A DNA stretch of 63,650 bases, filler included, from Octopus bimaculoides (taxonomy: Eukaryota), in NCBI RefSeq assembly GCF_001194135.2. It is 4 parts of 3 records of this genome, joined end to end, with 100 filler letters (N's around TTAATTAATTAA, not from the genome) between each part and the next. Parts side by side here need not be neighbours in the genome. Positions count along the whole stretch, not along the records: positions 50,400 to 63,650 come from NC_068983.1; 3 more parts are not named here. One strand, given 5' to 3'. The notes beneath the pieces are model-generated. The model worked only from the letters and a program-made list of their open reading frames with translations, ran no database searches and was not told where the DNA came from. Positions within the stretch are counted from its first letter, which is position 1; each line of letters begins with the position of its first letter. Shown piece by piece: positions 58,974 through 63,650 of this stretch. The translations under genes and the position numbers were made by a program.

Positions 58974-60229
58974 NNNNNNNNNNNNNNNNNNNNNNNNNNN
59001 NNNNNNNNNNNNNNNNNNNNNNNNNNNNNNNNNNNNNNNNNNNNNNNNNNNNNNNNNNNNNNNNNNNNNNNNNNNNNNNNNNNNNNNNNNNNNNNNNNNN
59101 NNNNNNNNNNNNNNNNNNNNNNNNNNNNNNNNNNNNNNNNNNNNNNNNNNNNNNNNNNNNNNNNNNNNNNNNNNNNNNNNNNNNNNNNNNNNNNNNNNNN
59201 NNNNNNNNNNNNNNNNNNNNNNNNNNNNNNNNNNNNNNNNNNNNNNNNNNNNNNNNNNNNNNNNNNNNNNNNNNNNNNNNNNNNNNNNNNNNNNNNNNNN
59301 NNNNNNNNNNNNNNNNNNNNNNNNNNNNNNNNNNNNNNNNNNNNNNNNNNNNNNNNNNNNNNNNNNNNNNNNNNNNNNNNNNNNNNNNNNNNNNNNNNNN
59401 NNNNNNNNNNNNNNNNNNNNNNNNNNNNNNNNNNNNNNNNNNNNNNNNNNNNNNNNNNNNNNNNNNNNNNNNNNNNNNNNNNNNNNNNNNNNNNNNNNNN
59501 NNNNNNNNNNNNNNNNNNNNNNNNNNNNNNNNNNNNNNNNNNNNNNNNNNNNNNNNNNNNNNNNNNNNNNNNNNNNNNNNNNNNNNNNNNNNNNNNNNNN
59601 NNNNNNNNNNNNNNNNNNNNNNNNNNNNNNNNNNNNNNNNNNNNNNNNNNNNNNNNNNNNNNNNNNNNNNNNNNNNNNNNNNNNNNNNNNNNNNNNNNNN
59701 NNNNNNNNNNNNNNNNNNNNNNNNNNNNNNNNNNNNNNNNNNNNNNNNNNNNNNNNNNNNNNTGTGGCCACTGAGTGGAATTTGGCGGTATTGAGGGAGG
59801 TTTATTTATTAACACACACACCCCTCAAACTTCCTGTTGGGAAAAAAAGAGTTCATAACTCCAACTAAAAACACTTGTCTCCCCTTACACACACTTCCTG
59901 TTTTGACACCACATTTCCTGCTTAACACAAACTTTTAACCCTTTTTTTAAACCTAACAAAACCCTCAACCCTCATGCATCCTTATTTTTCCTACCAATTT
60001 ATTCATGAACTACTATTGAACTACAAAAGCTCAAAGACAATATAATGTATGGGTATATTTATTTTTTTATATATTATTGTTTTATATATTATTTTCTTCA
60101 TTTTGTACTTCTTTGTAAAAAAACATTTTCATTCTCCTTGATAATTTGCTTATTCGCAATGATAACCGGTTAGAAAATATCTTTATTAAATTATGCTTCC
60201 AGTTCAGCATTCTGGCTTTTTTTCATTTT

Positions 60230-60270
<41 letters not shown>

Positions 60271-60585
60271 TATTGTGTTGAGAACGTTGTGGAGTTTCGT
60301 ATAAAGCTCATCAACATTCCGATTTATCCTGTGCTAGCAACCACCGGATAAGCTCAGACACTACTACTAACTTCAGGTCACAAGGGATAGAGAGGATTTT
60401 AAACATTAAAAAAAAATATTTACATATCGCCTGAGGAAGCACAACTAGATCTCATAATTCAAGGAAACATTTGCATAATCAAGTACTTATACACCCGGAA
60501 AACTACATTGCGTGGAAACAATTGTAGTTATTAAAAGGTAAATGTCCAAGCGCACCTCTTCTTGTTGACTCCAACTTTTTCAATT

Positions 60586-60634
<49 letters not shown>

Positions 60635-60682
60635 CGACAGACAGGCAGGCAGAGACATAGACAGACAAACAGACAGACACAA

Positions 60683-60725
<43 letters not shown>

Positions 60726-60742
60726 TAGATAGATAGATAGAT

Positions 60743-60802
<60 letters not shown>
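60586..60802. repeat. Compound (AGAT)n/(AGAC)n microsatellite
   Basis: Directly visible. Confidence 0.95.
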
Positions 60803-61291
60803 GTAGTCACTCAAGAGTGTTGCTGCTAACATCTATTGCGCACGCTTTACTACAAGGCCGGGACGTCGATAAATAAACCGTCACCATTTCCCTGGATTTT
60901 GGTCAGAGGGGAGCTTGTAAACATTAAGACCAAAAACAATACCTATGAAAACAATTGATGAATTTATGGTCAACGTTTATCTATGCATGTATGTATGCAT
61001 GTATGTATGTATGTGTATGTATGTATGTATGTATACCAAAGTATGCACATAGATGTGAAAGTGGGTGGGAGAAATGGTACTCGGATACCGGAGGTAGAGT
61101 AATGTGCTCTATTATCATTAAAACTTCAAAACCATCACAAAAATGTCACAAAAGATCTGCTCACCCTCCCGTTCGTCGGATAGTTTAGACTGAGAATCTA
61201 AATTGCCCGACGAACGGAGACGTGATACTCTGAGTAGCAGTTAATTTTTGTGATATTTTTGTGATGTTTTCGCAGCTTTAATGATAATAAA

Positions 61292-61333
<42 letters not shown>

Positions 61334-61382
61334 NNNNNNNNNNNNNNNNNNNNNNNNNNNNNNNNNNNNNNNNNNNNNNNNN

Positions 61383-61439
<57 letters not shown>

Positions 61440-63240
61440 TTTTACCCATATAATTTTGCTGTCTCCGTAGATTTAAAATTTGTGAACAATATTAATCGAT
61501 TTCTGCACATTATTGGGTTCTCATCTTTACGAGTTATGTTGTTGTTGTTGTTGTTGTTGGATTATCAGTGCGTTATTGTCTTTAGGAACAAGAGAGTATG
61601 ATTGTATTAAAGGTTTTGTTGCTGTTCATTGTTCGACTTAATTTGATCTCCTCAGTGACGAATACCGCACTGGCTATTCAACACCGGCTATTCAACTCTG
61701 TGAAGACCCAAATCAGTTCGAAACACCGTTTGTGACGATGCACCGATATTCTGAGCGAAGGAGCTCTCGAGTATTTAACACAATAGTCTCTTTGAGAAGC
61801 TTCTCTGAGACAAAATATTGCAATTGGCTGCTGCTCCACGCTACTGTACACATTGTAAATGTGTACAGGCTCCGGTCTTTTAATCTAAGGCTGTTCCAAG
61901 AAGGTATAAGAATGGAAATTAGATTTTAGTGTAACTTTTAAAAGAATAGAAATGGTACTGGAGTAAAGTTTACATCGTAAATTAATGCATATAAATATCT
62001 AATTGCGTCTTTCTCACAAATATCTAATTGCGTCTTTCTCAATTATGATACAGTAAGGAGCCACCTTGATATTTAACAGTTTCACTGGAACTTACCATCA
62101 GATTTTAGTACGAATGGCCAGAAAGGCGAGTTAAAAATTAAAAAGGTTGGCTTGAAAACATTCACCTGCTGCGTGAAAACTTAATATTTAAATGGGTATT
62201 ATCATAATTGATGAAGTAAGCCTCGAGGATATAATTAATTAAATTTATACTCATACAAATGGAAACAATTTTTTATTTTGTGTGAATTTATTTTTACATC
62301 AGTTTAAAAACTGGTGTTGCTTACATTGCATCCCCGTGTATCCCTTAATATAGCGGTCCACCAAACATAAATTCGTATAGTACCAGGGTGGAAATATGTA
62401 TTGGTGCTTATATGACCAATGAAATCCTTAGCATGGGTGCAATATAATGAGTGAAGGTGGTGAAAGAATAAAAAATATGAGAGAATGACAGAATATCTAA
62501 AATATAACCACTGGACTGAGAACAGAAAAGGAAGTTGTGAAAGGCAAATAGAGTAAAAGCAGAAATTGTTTATGATTAAAAGAATGAAACAAAGAAAAGG
62601 TAAATAAATGTTCATAGAATGTACGAGAGATGTATGAAAGATACGTGGATGTATAACAGCAGGAATAATGTGTTAAATGGCAGGACATAACAAGAAAATG
62701 GTTGATAAAGAAAGCAATTAGCGAAGATTGAGAGAAATTAATGTTGAGAACCAGATGAAATAATCAATAGAGAGAGAGAGTCATCGATATTAATGGAAAA
62801 ACAAAATCGATAAGTTGAAATGAAGAGGAAAATGAAATTAAGAGATTGATAAGAAATATTGAGTTAAAGATAAAGAGAGAAATATCGGTGATTAATGATT
62901 ATCGAATAACTGTTAATTGTAGAGGAACCTAATGGAATGGACGAGGCTATAAGAAACATTATTGTGGTTATTATAGAAAATGAAAGTTTTAATGGAAATA
63001 ATATAATTAGGAGGGAATGAAATCATAAAGATTATTGAGATAAAAGTATTTCTTTAAATGAAGAAATTGATAAATTGTAGTCTGAAGTATGTGAAAAAAA
63101 AATAATTAGATCAATGATGGACAATGATTTCAGGGACAAAACACAGCAACTTCCGGTAGGATAACAAACAGGAAACTAAGGAAAATGTCAGGGGATATCA
63201 AAGTTCAAAGCTGTTGGCGAACAAACTGGACCAAAATATT

Positions 63241-63453
63241 TAATAATCCTTTCTACTGGAAGCACAAGGAATCAAATTTGGGGGAAGGGATTAAGTCGAT
63301 TACATCGACCCAGTGTGTAACTGGTACTTATTTAATTGATTCCGAAAGGATGAAAAGTTGACCTTGACGGAATTTGAACTCAGAACGTAGCAACGGACGA
63401 AATACCGCTAAGCATTTCGTCCAGTGCGCTAACGATTCTGCCATCTCACTGCC

Positions 63454-63455
<2 letters not shown>
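63241..63455 (-). mobile_element. SINE family A, CpG-rich
   Basis: gaatttgaactcagaacgtagcaacggacgaaataccgctaagcatttcgtccagtgcgctaacgattctgcc. Confidence 0.9.
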
Positions 63456-63516
<61 letters not shown>

Positions 63517-63519
<3 letters not shown>

Positions 63520-63650
63520 CCTGAATGGCTCACAAATGGGAAAACCATCTTAATCCCCAAATCCACGGAAACGGAGAAACCACAAAACTATAGACCTATA
63601 ACCTGTCTCCCTACGATCTACAAAGCCTTTACTGCAATAATATCGCAGAG
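63517..63650 (+). mobile_element. 5'-truncated R4/Dong-type LINE starting in the RT domain, abutting a (TAA)n run; continues past the window end
   Basis: Open frame PEWLTNGKTILIPKSTETEKPQNYRPITCLPTIYKAFTAIISQ, directly after about 21 TAA units (63455-63518). Confidence 0.85.

Overview
AT-rich, microsatellite-dense eukaryotic DNA. The repeat content looks like a coleoid cephalopod (octopus-type) genome; that assignment is inference, not a database hit. The window is four pieces joined by artificial 100-bp linkers (44N-TTAATTAATTAA-44N at 31017, 48144 and 50300), plus several N gaps, so all long 'X' ORFs are artefacts. The only recognisable host gene is the 3' end of an inositol-tetrakisphosphate 1-kinase (ITPK1) on the + strand: exon 34769-34937 and terminal coding exon 39752-40320, with an Asn-rich C-terminal extension. 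I could not find its upstream exons in the window. The rest is mostly transposon debris: at least four tRNA-headed SINE families, RTE and R4/Dong-type LINE fragments, Penelope-like GIY-YIG remnants, mariner fossils and MITEs. The most interesting signals are: (1) minimal hammerhead-ribozyme motifs with a 2-bp helix III, at 914-988 (core intact), 9149-9224 and inside a 274-bp foldback at 58517-58790; (2) CpG decay of repeat copies inside the ITPK1 region compared with the same families outside it; (3) several dsRNA-forming structures and a five-copy SINE array in the ITPK1 intron and 3' region; (4) candidate antisense and convergent exons at 36.6-37.2 kb and 46.5-46.7 kb. No rRNA, genuine tRNA gene or CRISPR array was seen.
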